DNA from: Klebsormidium nitens
Lineage: Eukaryota; Plantae; Klebsormidiophyceae
Reading direction: 5' to 3'
NCBI GenBank assembly: GCA_000708835.1
Contig: DF237092.1
Coordinates: forward strand, 110,943-174,942
DNA length: 64,000 bases
This document shows, one piece after another, positions 26,901-38,307 of this stretch. Within the stretch, counting starts at the first letter, position 1, and the number at the start of each line of letters is the position of its first letter. The translations under genes and the position numbers were made by a program. The notes below the pieces were generated by a model, which was not told where the DNA came from, did not search any database, and saw only the letters and a program-made list of their open reading frames with translations.

Positions 26901-29900
26901 ACACCTGAAACGCCCCCCATACGTCGTGAGATCAGGTAGTTGCTCACGGCATTCTCTTACTTGCCCCTTTTTTAAACAGAGAACCAGCCGACTTGTCTGA
27001 TGATACGTTTTGTTCGCCGGACTTACATCAAAGTCCTGTCTGAACTTCATGGTTTGGATACGGTCCGAACTGGTTCAACAGGTTTATTGGTCGTCATTAC
27101 AGGTTTGATGCCAAGGTTATTTGCAAGGTTCCCCTGATAGATTGCTTTGTAGAAAGGTTGATAAGAAACTTGGATGGATTCTTCGATGGCCCTGCAGAAA
27201 AGGACGCTCAAAAGGCACCCTGTCGTTCAGCTCTGAGCAGCTAGTAACGCTTGCTCGAGACCGCGGCAGCACTTTCTGTGAGCATACAAAGAATCCTACA
27301 GCGAACAGAGTTAACGCGAAAGTGATATTCCCCCTCCGATATGTCTGTCTGCCAGGGTTTCGCCAGGTGGCTGACCTCGGAATGTTGCTGTACTGCCACG
27401 TGTCTCGCCTGGAGAGATTTACTACTGCACACGTGTCATACAATTTAGGTGCCACGTGGTTTACCTGGGAAGGTTGCTGTATTGCGCTGGGACCGTGAAA
27501 GGCAGCGCCGGCGCCTGTAGCAGCTCAAGTTGCGCGAGGTTGTTCAGCACCGCTTGGATGCGCACTGAAGCCACGTCAGCATCCTGGGCGTCGATGGCCT
27601 CCAAGAGACCCTTGTAGCTCGTCTGTAGGGGAAGAGCACTTTCAGTAGGATGCTACCTCGAAGCATCCTTGAGAAATTTGTTTCGCGGCTATGGATTGTT
27701 ACAAAAGCCGCGAATGAGAGTCGCTCAAGTGGGCACAATTGCCTTGATTGTAATCCAACTTTGTTTATGGCAAACCTTGAGCGGTTGCACACCCAATGAC
27801 AGCCACCAATTTCGAACTTTCATTATGCACGGCGCCAAGCTTCTTCTAACTCAGGAAATCCGGACTGGGTACTTTATGAAAGAAGTGAAAGGCTATGGAA
27901 GTCAGGAAACTGGTAAATGGATGAAAGAGGCATCAACAAGATCCTTGGTTGACATAAGAAGAGATAGCTGTGCAAACGATTTTCGCATATTCAACTCTTA
28001 AAAGATCAATTGAAGTCCTCAGTGCCGATATCTACCACGAGCACTTTTCCATCTATGCAGAGCTGGCTCTTGTAGGCAGAAGTCAAAACGAACTTCGTTA
28101 AATTGCATGCAAAGTAGTCAAAGACGTGCTTTCGACTCAATCCCAGAGTATACTTCCATAAGGCGCTAAGCAACGACCTCGAAGCTGGTAGCTTCATGTG
28201 AATCACCGCCTCGAAGCTACTTCAGGGGTGTGCTCGTGCTTTCTAAACTTAACCAGGATTGAAATGAGTTGGGAGATAGAGCACATTCTGGAGCACCGCC
28301 ACATCATTTACACTGTTACACTTTGAGTTTGAATCCGACTTTTCCACCAGCCCTGTCTTTAAGACATAGGCTCAACTACAACTCCCACCAAAGCTAATCC
28401 CTGGTTGCACTCCGGTCCCTAAGAAGTCCGAGTTTCTCAAAATCAGCACTTTTCCATAACCTGGCACGGTAAGTTGTGAAGCTGCCCGAAATTCCATCTA
28501 GCGCTTGAAGCTCTACGGATCTGCGCTGCGGGTCCAAATCTACTCAGCGTAAAAGGATGCGCGTACACTCACCCTGCCCTCTATTAGGCTGGCATAGATA
28601 CCCTCGGCCTGCTGTCGAAACTGCGGCCCCACAGCGTTCAGAATGGCGTCCTTGCTTTTGGTTGCAATCTGCAGCACAAGAAGGAAGTCCCCTTTCACTG
28701 GAAGATTGCTGGTCACGCCACCAGAGAGACTCTAATTCTGGGACCCCACTGAAGATTTTGGTGTTGGACGACCCCAAGCTATAGAAGAGAGCAAGCCTGG
28801 CTGGAATGTCAAAGCCTCGAGACCTGAGCAGTTGCACTAATTGAAGTGTCAAGGGCAAGCTCAAAGCTGATCACAAATAGCTGGCACAGGATCCCATTTG
28901 CGAGGGACCCAGGTGCAAAGATGAGCAAGAGACAAATTCGCGCACCGCCTGGCGAACGGCCGTTTCCAAGCTTCTCAGAAAGTTAGTAACAAAGCGAACC
29001 AGGGGTAGCATATTGGGTGCCAGCATGTCGATCACAAAGCCTAAACGAGGCAACGGAGCTTTTGAGTTCACGGTGGAAGAAAAGGAAGAAGCGGTTACCT
29101 CTAGCGCCTCCTTTGTGTTTTTGGCCATGCTGCCGTAGGGCTTCCTCTGTGGGATCCGAAGAAGGTAGGACAGCTCTTCGATCAACTCCTGCAAAGGAAG
29201 CACCAGCAATCTTCTAAAAAACTGGATCAACTCTCGTTACTTTGCAAGGCATGCCCTTGGGATACATACTTGTCAAGAGGTGCGCTTCTATCACTCTTTA
29301 GCACAACCGCCGATGAGTCAGGCTATCAGTGTTGGAGACTGCTGGATGAGAACGATGCTTTTTAGGCCCTTGTGCATGAGGTACATTGTCCGGATATCGA
29401 CGCCAGGATGCCTAGCGTACTCCAGTGATTTTGATCAACTATGCAATAATCACGTCAATCTCTCACAAGCTTTGCTGAAGGTGTCAGGGACGCATTACAT
29501 GCTTCGAGGGCCTTCCACCACCCTCAAAGTAAACGTGTTGATGGACTTAGAAAGAAGATGGCCCACATGGCGTAAGCAAGCCAGGTCCAAGTATGATAGA
29601 AGCTAGTGAAGAGGTTCCAATCTAAATGACTGCATGGGGATTCAGAGCCTACCAATCCTTCACAGCTCGTCCGCCTCGACTTGTGGTGATGCTAGACGTC
29701 TTGGTTGACGATGATGAGAATCCGTTCTACTTTTGATCGTTACAGAAGGGTGCGGTGCTCTGGAGGTCCACTTGCAGGCTGCTTTGGCCGCGTAATTGGA
29801 TGTTTGATACGTGCATTGGTGGTACATCAGATGATCAATGGTCCTGAACCAAGCTAGATAGCCTAGCTGCTGGACTCCCTGCACTTCAATCCGTACACTC

Positions 29901-30433
29901 AGTATCCTGTTTTTCACTTTTCTGATATGCTAACTCACCTGCATTTTCTTCGTCTCAACATTCAGAGCAGGAATTGCTCGTCGCAGGGCGACATCACCCG
30001 CTTTCGGGATTCTCGTGTTCGGGTTCGTCAGCACCGCCTCTGCCACTGGCACACTCCCTCCAAACACATCCACCGGCGTCATAGGCGCCACGCTTTGAAG
30101 CACCGCCAGAACTAGAGCGGCCACTTTGCCTTTCGCCCAACTTCCGGCTGGCGCCACATTCTGTTCACGCTTGATCAAAGGCGACTCACTGTTAGCAGCA
30201 TTTCTGTGCGTGTCGCTGGATTTCAACGACATTTCAACGACGCCAGGTTTGCATGAACTACTGTGCCACCGTACATTGCCTGCATGATGCTGCAATTGAT
30301 GAGGAACACGCTTCCCAAATGTGCCACCATTTGAAGCGCTCTGCAAGGGATTCCGGCGCCGCTCTGTCTTCCCTGCCCTTGCCCTGATGCATGACAAGCA
30401 GGCCCCCTCCCGCACCAACACGGCAGACGCCAT
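23925..30433 (-). CDS. CYP37: Thylakoid-lumen cyclophilin-type peptidyl-prolyl isomerase CYP37 (CYP38/TLP40 family), 9 exons, ~478 aa
   Basis: Exons in transcript order: 29939-30433, 29099-29188, 28573-28668, 27465-27622, 26714-26870, 26039-26197, 25117-25239, 24333-24382, 23925-24033. All introns are GT-AG and phases join in frame. Motifs RIPKAGDVALRRAIP, EELSYLLRIPQRKPYGSM, LDGYSAPITAGNF, PILPISVYGAV, GLGGLSFDEGQFSVFGY and QFKTGDVIQSA match my recollection of Arabidopsis CYP37. The N-terminal extension looks like a bipartite transit peptide (hydrophobic stretch ending AEA). Confidence 0.93.
25240..25475 (-). repeat. 42-bp tandem copies of the CYP37 exon-7 acceptor junction
   Basis: YAG|GGCGG(C/G)GA junction at 25240 (functional), 25282, 25324 and 25366, with a weaker copy near 25455. 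Confidence 0.85.
27361..27464 (-). repeat. Decayed copies of the CYP37 exon-4 end plus donor
   Basis: Real CAATACAGCAACCTTCCCAG|GTAAACCACGTGGC versus copy CAGTACAGCAACATTCCGAG|GTCAGCCACCTGGC, plus a weaker intermediate copy. Confidence 0.7.
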
Positions 30434-30935
30434 TGCTTCTTGCCCCGTGCTTTCAATCCATGCAACCAACAATTGCCCGTCCACCCCTTGTCTGAGTTAT
30501 TCTTGCTGCTTAGAGTCAGACAGTTTGTCCGACAAGACGACCATCATCCTCTAACACCTATAAGCAAGAAGTCTGTCATCGAAATATGAGCGACCTATTA
30601 TTCTTATATCCAATACCCACATATGTCAGGAAACTTTTGACAGATTTGTAACAAATGCAAGGAGCAAGCGCGTATTCCTGGCTTATTCCCAAGAGCGTAT
30701 ACCAACTTCAAGTCGTGTCATACAACGGTTTCCTTCCGCTCGATCTTCCAGACTTGTCTCCGGGCTTTCGGTCCCTGCCAAACGAGAACTACAGTACATC
30801 GTGGGTTGCGGGTGAGCTTTTGCCGGGCTCGCGCCTCTTTCCTCTTCCTCTTTCGCCAGGCGTTGGCTGCACACGCCGGGCTGGGTACGCAGGGAGGGCT
30901 TGCAGCTTGCCAGGCGTTGACCGTGGTCAGCCATC
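30434..30935. promoter_or_regulatory. Divergent (probably bidirectional) promoter region of CYP37 and RPS3A, with a pyrimidine tract at ~30834-30853 resembling a 5'TOP start
   Basis: Head-to-head start codons ~500 bp apart. CTCTTTCCTCTTCCTCTTT lies ~85 nt upstream of the RPS3A ATG. The transcription start site is not observable from sequence. Confidence 0.5.
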
Positions 30936-33900
30936 ATGGCGGTCGGGTAAGAGATCCTCCTTGGCCGGGTCGTTTTGCGGTCCAGTTACGGTACTCGCTC
31001 AAATTTGAGGATGGGCGCTGAACTTGAAAGAGGTTTATATGCCGGCGTGGATGGGAGTGGTTTGAGCAAGGGCAGGGATGCAATACTAGAGGGGATGCTG
31101 ATGAAGGGATTTCTGATATTTGAAAGTAGTCTGAGACAAGAGGGGAGGGGGCGTATGCAAGGAAGTGTTGAAGTTGCAGCTAGCGCTAAGAACGTTCATC
31201 TGTGTTGCGTTGCTGATTGTAGGCCCGCAATACGGATGCTCAGTTCAGGATTTCTTGCTAAGCCGGGCCCGAAAGCAGTACTGATTGTGGGACTTTCTAC
31301 GTGTGCAGCAAGAACAAGCGCATCTCAAAGGGGAAGAAGGGTGGCAAGAAGAAAGTGTGAGTATCTAGCTTTCCTCTACTCATGCCGATTGTACAACTAG
31401 GGATCTGTTTTCAAAGCGTGCCAGTTAGATTGTCAAAGGCGGGTTGCTCTGTCCGGTGCTGTCAACCATTACCATTTCTAATCAGCCATGTATAGTTCAT
31501 GGAGTAGGCTGCAACACCGGGCTTTGTGGGGCGAAGACTCTGCGAAATGCAGTGTTGGTCAACCATTACCATGACCAGTCAGTTTGTAGGCAGTCAGTCT
31601 GTTGGCAGTTGATTGAACAGGTGCATAGAGGCCGTTACCATCTTGATGGGAATGGTTGAGCAATGCAATGGAGGGCCCTACGGCATGAAGCGACCGGTCT
31701 GCAGCAGTCGTACAGCAGCAGGTTCCGGTCTTTCTTGTAGCATGTCCATAGGATGTGGTAGAGGTTCCTCGGGAGACGACAGTATAGCAGCGTCGGCGGG
31801 GAAGTTGATGAGGATTATCTAGCCACAGCAATTGGCAGCATCAGCAGAAGCGCTCTGAGTCAAGAAAGCGTGCAAGCTTTCTCAGGTCTGGAGTGAAAGC
31901 TGGTAGTGCCAAGCTCCTGCACATCTTGCTCCCCGTCTGCATCGGGATATTTTCCATCGAACCAGACTGCAAAGATGCATCTGGGGCTGTAAGGCTGTCA
32001 GATGGTGCAGCTGGATGTTGCCGTCCGGAAGTACCTCAGAAAGTCAGCTTTATTCCAGGATAGGAAAGCCTTCTGACACCTTATTCTCGGCTCAAGTAGC
32101 TTGGGTTTTCTGGCCCCATACAAGCCCGGAAACTGCGCATTCGCATAGGCAGCCTGAAGCGGGGCTGTGACAGCATCAGTTGGGGTTGGTTGGGGCGTCT
32201 TCCAGGCGCTTCTTAGGCACAGAGACTCTAGCGACCAGCGAATGTTTCTCTCTTCTATATCTGCGCCTTGGCTCTTAGACCGTTGTTTTGCTTGCAGCTC
32301 CGACCCCTTCGCCAAGAAGGATTGGTATGACATCAAGGCGCCGTCCGTCTTCTCCCAGAGGAATGTTGGCAAGACCCTGGTGACGCGGACACAGGGAACA
32401 AAGGTGCGCTCCGCGTCCTTGGCCCTTGACTATTTGTGCAATTGCAAATGGTTCTGATCATGAGTTTCATGAGGGTTGAGCAAGAGCTGGATCAGCCAGC
32501 GAGCTGGTCTGGAGCGAGCATACTTCCGTCATGGAATGAGGAATGATTCGTGTTTGGATGCAAAGCGTTACGCAAGAGCTGGCAGTACAAGCTACTCTGA
32601 CCTCAATAAAGCGATCGCTTGCAGCAACGCTTTACATTCAAAACGAGCTACGAGCTTGTCTTAGACTCCCGTCTCTGCTCGCTTCATTTGAGCATCATCA
32701 AGGAAGGACTTGGGGGGCTTGTATCGTCAGCAGGTTTTTTATCAAGCCATTTGTCGGGGTTAGGGGCCGCCGGCGTAGTTTCACTAGCACCCTAAGTACA
32801 ACCTAGGTCGCATTTCGTATCAAATGCCCAATTGCTGTATGTTTGCAGATTGCTTCCGACGGGTTGAAGGGCCGGGTGTTTGAGGTGTCGCTGGCGGACC
32901 TGAACAACGATGAGGACCAGGCGTTCAGGAAGATGAAGCTGCGGGCGGAGGACGTGCAGGGCAAGAACGTGCTCACCAACTTCTACGTGAGCGCCGAACT
33001 CATGTTCACCAGCATTTTCTGATTTTCTTAAATCTCAAAAGTGGTTTGCTGATGCTAAGCAACTCCCCGAATCCAACGCTATTATCAATGTTCAAAGGTG
33101 GTTTGCTGGTGCCAAGCAACTCCCTGAAGAACACCCAGTTGTCAGTTCCAGATTGGTTTGTAAGCATTGACCTAATGATTAAGTTGTTATCCCACCCCGA
33201 AAGCACCATTGGGCACAGGGGGCATGCAATTGCAAGCGGTGAATCGATCTTTCTTTTGGGGTTCAGTCTTTCATATGGAAGCTTGCTGAGGTTTGCTGGC
33301 CGGATGATCAGTCCAGGATTGTTGGGTACTGCAGCTTGGGGGCAGAGCAGAGCTGGCTATCACGGCAACATATGCATTGCAACCAACTGCACTAGCTTTG
33401 CACCTCAAGGTCCTGCTGATTCTTAGCTTTTTGACTCCGACCAGAACTAGAATAAGAGATATTTCCCCTGGTTGAAAGTCTGTGCTTGTAGACAAGCCCC
33501 GCTGCAGAGCGCTATGACATTAGTTATTTGAACAGGATGGATATTCGCCACTTTGGCACCAATCTCAAGCGCACTTTCACAATATTCGTCTGTTGAAAGC
33601 CGTCGAATAGTTGTCCTCTCTGACAGCCTTAAACTTCACGATAAACGGGACCACCGTTCTTTCCCCTTGAGGTTCACTTCGAATAAAGCAAGGCAGTCAA
33701 GAAGAACTTCTGGACTGACATCTTCCATTGTGTTTTCTCAGGGCATGGACTTCACGACCGACAAGCTGCGGTCGCTGGTGCGCAAGTGGCAGAGCCTCAT
33801 TGAGGCGAACGTGGACGTGAAGACGACCGACAACTACACGCTGCGTGTGTTTGCCATTGCCTTCACCAAGAAGCGCCAGAACCAGATCAAGCGGACGTGC

Positions 33901-36900
33901 TACGCGCAGACCGCCCAGATTAGACAGGTGAGACGCGCAAAATATTGGTCAGAAGTTCGTTTTGAGACATTTTGCCTTGCTTGTTGTCCTCTCCCTACTT
34001 CACCTCCCTACTTTTGGAAGAGAAGGGCAATGGGGGGTATGCATGCTTTAGTGCTTGGATATCATTCTAGCAGAGAACTGAGGTGTGTCGTCTTGAAAGT
34101 CCCTGATGATGACGGTCCAGGCCCGTTGACAAGACTGTCAACGGCAGTTGCAACGCAGAGGGGCGTTGGTGAGATGCAAGTTGCATATCACGCCAGATAC
34201 ATATGCAGTGCGCCTTCAATTTCTTCAAGTCGCTGTATGCAGAACTGTTACGCAAATCCATTTTTCGTTGTGTGCATCCTGGATTAGTTGGTTCTGTCTT
34301 GAAGAGAGAGGTCCTCTACTAATGGTTTCCGAAACAAGTCTTGCTCGTGTGAGCCCGCCCACCATTGAAACGAAAACGACGGCTAAATGTGAGCCGCTGT
34401 GTTTGTCATCGAAGTCGAAGTGATACTATCTTGTTAACGACCCATCAAGGTATTCAAAGGCTTTGAATCTTCCGGGGCTTACTGGATGGGTTTTCTTTTA
34501 AGTGAGTGCTCTGGTTGATAAGACACTTTTCTCGAAGTTTTTGTTGGACTTCCGTTCTTATGCTGGAGGTGTTTCTCTGTTCATGAGGCGGATGTATGCG
34601 TTTCCTTTTGCAGTCAACTCGGGTGGAGGGTTTTTTAGATCTTATGTTCCATGTATTTTCCGTATTGGATCGTTGTGCCCTCCCTTGACCCGTATCTGAC
34701 TTTTCACCGCTTTCTTGGGGTGGGACGAAAGAAGTGGAAAAAGTAGAGCTTTTGCTGATGCGACTCTGCTTCGTTGCAGTCGGTCATTGCAGCTCCTGCT
34801 TTACTCCCGCGTGACGAGGCACATGGACTGGCTGAGAGCCAGCTCTCGTTGTTTGGTCTGTTGCAAGAGGGGCTCTTTCAATATGCATCTTTTTCGGTCG
34901 AAAGGGTGCACACAAAGGGTTGGCGCCTCCGTCTGGGTCTAGTTTCTAAGACAAGCAAGACAACACTCTGTTGGCAGCAGGGGGCCTAACAAGCCCCTGC
35001 ATGTGGCCCGACAATTTCAGTTCTTGCAACAGCATATCGAGGCTACTCACCTGCGCACAAGCTCCTTGATGCTGCGGGCCTTTCGCTATCGGCACATTTC
35101 AATCCTTTTCTTATTCTGACAAGGACACCAGATTTCGGACATTGGGTACCTTTGAAAGTATCTGCTCGCCCGATTTCCCAGTTTCTTGAACAGACGTTGC
35201 ATTCATATCTTAAGACGTGTGTGAGTGTGATACGGATCCTAGAAAGAGGGCATCGCACCTTGTATCGTCTCGGACCCGTTCAAAACGTCCACCACCCTCG
35301 AATGTCTTGAAAAGGAGCTTGCTCGCTTTGGCTGATCTCAAACATGCCATCCACTTGCAGACGTCCGCAGCCCTCCATCCTGCCCCTGCGAGAACCTAGA
35401 GATGCAGATTGTAGTTGATATCTGAGCCGCTCACCTCCCGCCTAAGTGCTGACACTGGATTTGTTTCACAATTCTTCCTCCCCTTTGCACAGATCCGCAA
35501 GAAGAGGTGGAGTTCATGACGCAAGAAACGCCAGTTTTTTCCTCGTTCTGGATTGGGAACTTCACATTTCGTTCCCTCTACGCGCAGATTCGCAAGCCGA
35601 ACTTGGAAATCATCACGCGAGAATGCAGTCTCCTGATGGTCCGGCACCTCAGATCCTCATAAATCCCCCCCCCTTCGCTGCACAGATCCGCAAGAAGATG
35701 GTGGAGATCATCACGCGGGAGACGCAGAGCTGCGACCTGAAGGAGCTGGTCCAGAAGTTCATCCCCGAGGTGATTGGCAAGGAGATCGAGAAGGCGACCG
35801 CCGGCATCTACCCCCTGCAGAACACGTTCATCCGCAAGGTCAAGATCCTCAAGTCGCCCAAGTTCGACCTGGGCAAGCTCATGGAGGTGAGGCTTCTTTC
35901 GCGGCGGTTTGTTCTCGGTGCTTTGCTTTCGTGATCCTCCGGGGGTTGGGGAGAGGGGTATAGTGAAGTTGTGATTCTCAAGTCGCCCAAGTTCGACCTG
36001 GGCAAGCTCATGGAGGTGAGGCTCTTTTATTTCGGTGTCTAGCGCTTAGTCTTGGGTTTTTATGGGTTTTCCTTGGGGAGTGGAAGTGAAGTTGAGATTG
36101 TCAAGTTGAGACCGTCAAGTCGCCAGGTTCGACCCGGGCAAGCTCATGCAGGTGAGGTGTCTTTCCTTTCAGCGTTTTTGACTTTCTGCTTAGGGCACGT
36201 GGTTTGACGATTTAACAAACAAACAATACGGCCAATTGTTGGAGTTGAGGCTCTCCTTGCGGGTGGGTAACAAGACCTTTGCTCTTTCATGCACGAGGTG
36301 AGGATCTTTGAAGGCACAAGATAGTGGAGAGTCTTCGAGGGGGTTTGACCAGGGTCTTTGTCTATTTATTGCCTGATAAGATCGTTTGGAGATGGAGCAA
36401 GGACTGAGTGACAATCACAGATACAGTTTGAGTTGTTCTCTGTTTCGATCACTCTGCGGTGGGGTAGTTTGGGCACTCCTTGTCAAGCAGTCGTTCGCCT
36501 GCCCGTGGCGGGATGGCTGCCGCGGGGTGCCCACAGGAACGCGGGGCGAAGATGGTGGGCGGCAGCCTTTCAAACTGCCGCTTTACTATAAAGGCCGGCA
36601 ACAGATCGTTCTTCCCGCCCCAATCTTGTGAATTACGTTACTTCCCTCTTGTTGTCAGAGTGGTCTTTTGGGTGATACGCAACAGGACCGGGGCTCTTGG
36701 ATGCGAGTTGGTTGTCAATCCGTGGAGTTGGCTCCAGCGTTTGCAGACGGCAACGTCCTCAGCGTGTTTGGTTCTGTAACACGAGGAAGTACGGTGCTCT
36801 AAGAGTTAGTAGAGCATTGTTTTCTAAACAGGGAGGTTCATTGCTGCTCGTCTGATGGGATTGTCTGCTTTTCAGGTTCACGGAGATTACTCGGAGGACA

Positions 36901-36986
36901 CGGGGGCCAAGATCGACCGGCCTGTCGGGGACGAGGCTGCTGCGGAGGGCGAGGCCGCCGAGCCTCAAGAAGTCGTCGGTGCATAA
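30936..36986 (+). CDS. RPS3A: 40S ribosomal protein S3a (eS1), 7 exons, 266 aa
   Basis: Exons 30936-30946, 31309-31356, 32298-32403, 32849-32986, 33742-33927, 35686-35886, 36876-36986, all GT-AG and in phase. Translation [93 protein letters not shown] is unmistakable eS1. Confidence 0.97.
35470..35685 (+). repeat. Decayed copies of the RPS3A exon-6 acceptor junction
   Basis: TGCACAG|ATCCGCAAGAAGAGGTGGAG (~35486) and CGCGCAG|ATTCGCAAGCCGAACTTGGAAATCATCACGCGAGA (~35581) versus real TGCACAG|ATCCGCAAGAAGATGGTGGAGATCATCACGCGGGA (35686). Confidence 0.85.
35887..36170 (+). repeat. Copies of the RPS3A exon-6 end plus donor
   Basis: 47 nt at 35848-35894 are identical to 35977-36023. A third, decayed copy has GT at 36152. 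Confidence 0.92.
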
Positions 36987-38307
36987 GTGCAAACAACCGT
37001 TGTTTGTCAAGAATTTTGGCACCTTTTCTGCTGACTTTGTGTACTCTCATGTGTGGTGCATCCATTCAATCCAATGCGCGCTGCATGCCGACGCGCATGA
37101 CGGCGACTCTGCGTGCTTGACTGGGGCATTATACGCCATGCCAGACGCCTTGCTGGAATGGAGATGTCATGCCGCCTGAGTCTGGTTCGGGCCACATGTG
37201 ATGGTGGGAATCTGCAGGTCATTATGACCTTTACGTGAAGTGTCTACGTAGCTTGGTGCGACTTACTTATAGCCTGTCCCAGGACTCCGGGATGTATCTG
37301 CATACACCGAATTAGAAGGATTCATTTGCGTACATAGATACTAACAGAGCCATACTGAGTAACTACGTGTCAGTTAAGTTCTGGCATGTGAATGTGATCG
37401 GATAGTGTGACTGAGCTTGCTGGGGCAGCCCGGCCTATAGCCATTCGTGACCTTCACTAGTGACGATGCGCATGCATCACATGCGCTATAGCAGGGCATT
37501 CCAATGCGGCATCGTACTGAGGTACTAGTGATGTTCGACTAGCCCATGGGGCCATCCCCGCAGTGCAGCTCCGCCTTGCAGTGCCAATGATTGGGCACCG
37601 GTTGGCGGTACCGTCGATCTGCATAAATGTTCCGACAACAAAGGTGCAGGCCGCGCAGCGGCTAACATTGAAAGTAACATATATATACACAATATAGCAT
37701 TCGCATGATATTAATTAAGGCCCGTGCGACATGCTGGCAATATCTTGCGACAACCGTCTCAAGGCTGACTCACCAAAACGTATCTCGAACGTACCTCAGC
37801 ACTATGTGCTAACTTGAGTGAAGATCGCTGAATTGACCGACTCAGACGAGGCTTTATTCTGAGCCCTTGACAGCTTAAAATGCCCATTCAGCACGCAGTG
37901 ACGCGGTGGCTTATAGCATGCGCTCTCGACGTCACACACTACGTCATGGCATCGACCGTGTTGGAACCACTCTATTCCTCATTTCCATTGAATTGAACGC
38001 TGGAGAACGTATCTTGCCCGGCAAGCTACTCAAGGCGGGCAGCTGGTCACCCAGCGTTCAAGTTCGATAGACAATAGTCGGCAGATTTGGTTTGCAATGA
38101 ATCTGTAATCTGTATGGCCTCCCAGCCGGCACCGACAAAACCTGCCATTCCTCAGCGGGGTCCACGTGCAAAGCTGTCAAACTTGTCTTTGATGATATCT
38201 CCTTGCTCGAAAAGTACATGCCAAGCTATGGTTGGATTCGTGAAGTATAAGACACCCGCTTTTTCCATACGGGAGCCCCTTGATAGGGGCCATCGTCAAC
38301 CATGGTC

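Noticed and set aside
28700-28790. Weak echo of the CYP37 exon-3 start (..GTGGGGTCCCAGAATTAGA)
   Set aside because: Similarity is too short to distinguish from chance by eye.
34100-34200. Intronic C/D snoRNA in RPS3A (ATGATGA box)
   Set aside because: No downstream CTGA D box or terminal stem at a suitable distance.
33553-34287. 244-aa ORF as a separate gene
   Set aside because: It is RPS3A exon 5 with open flanking intron sequence.
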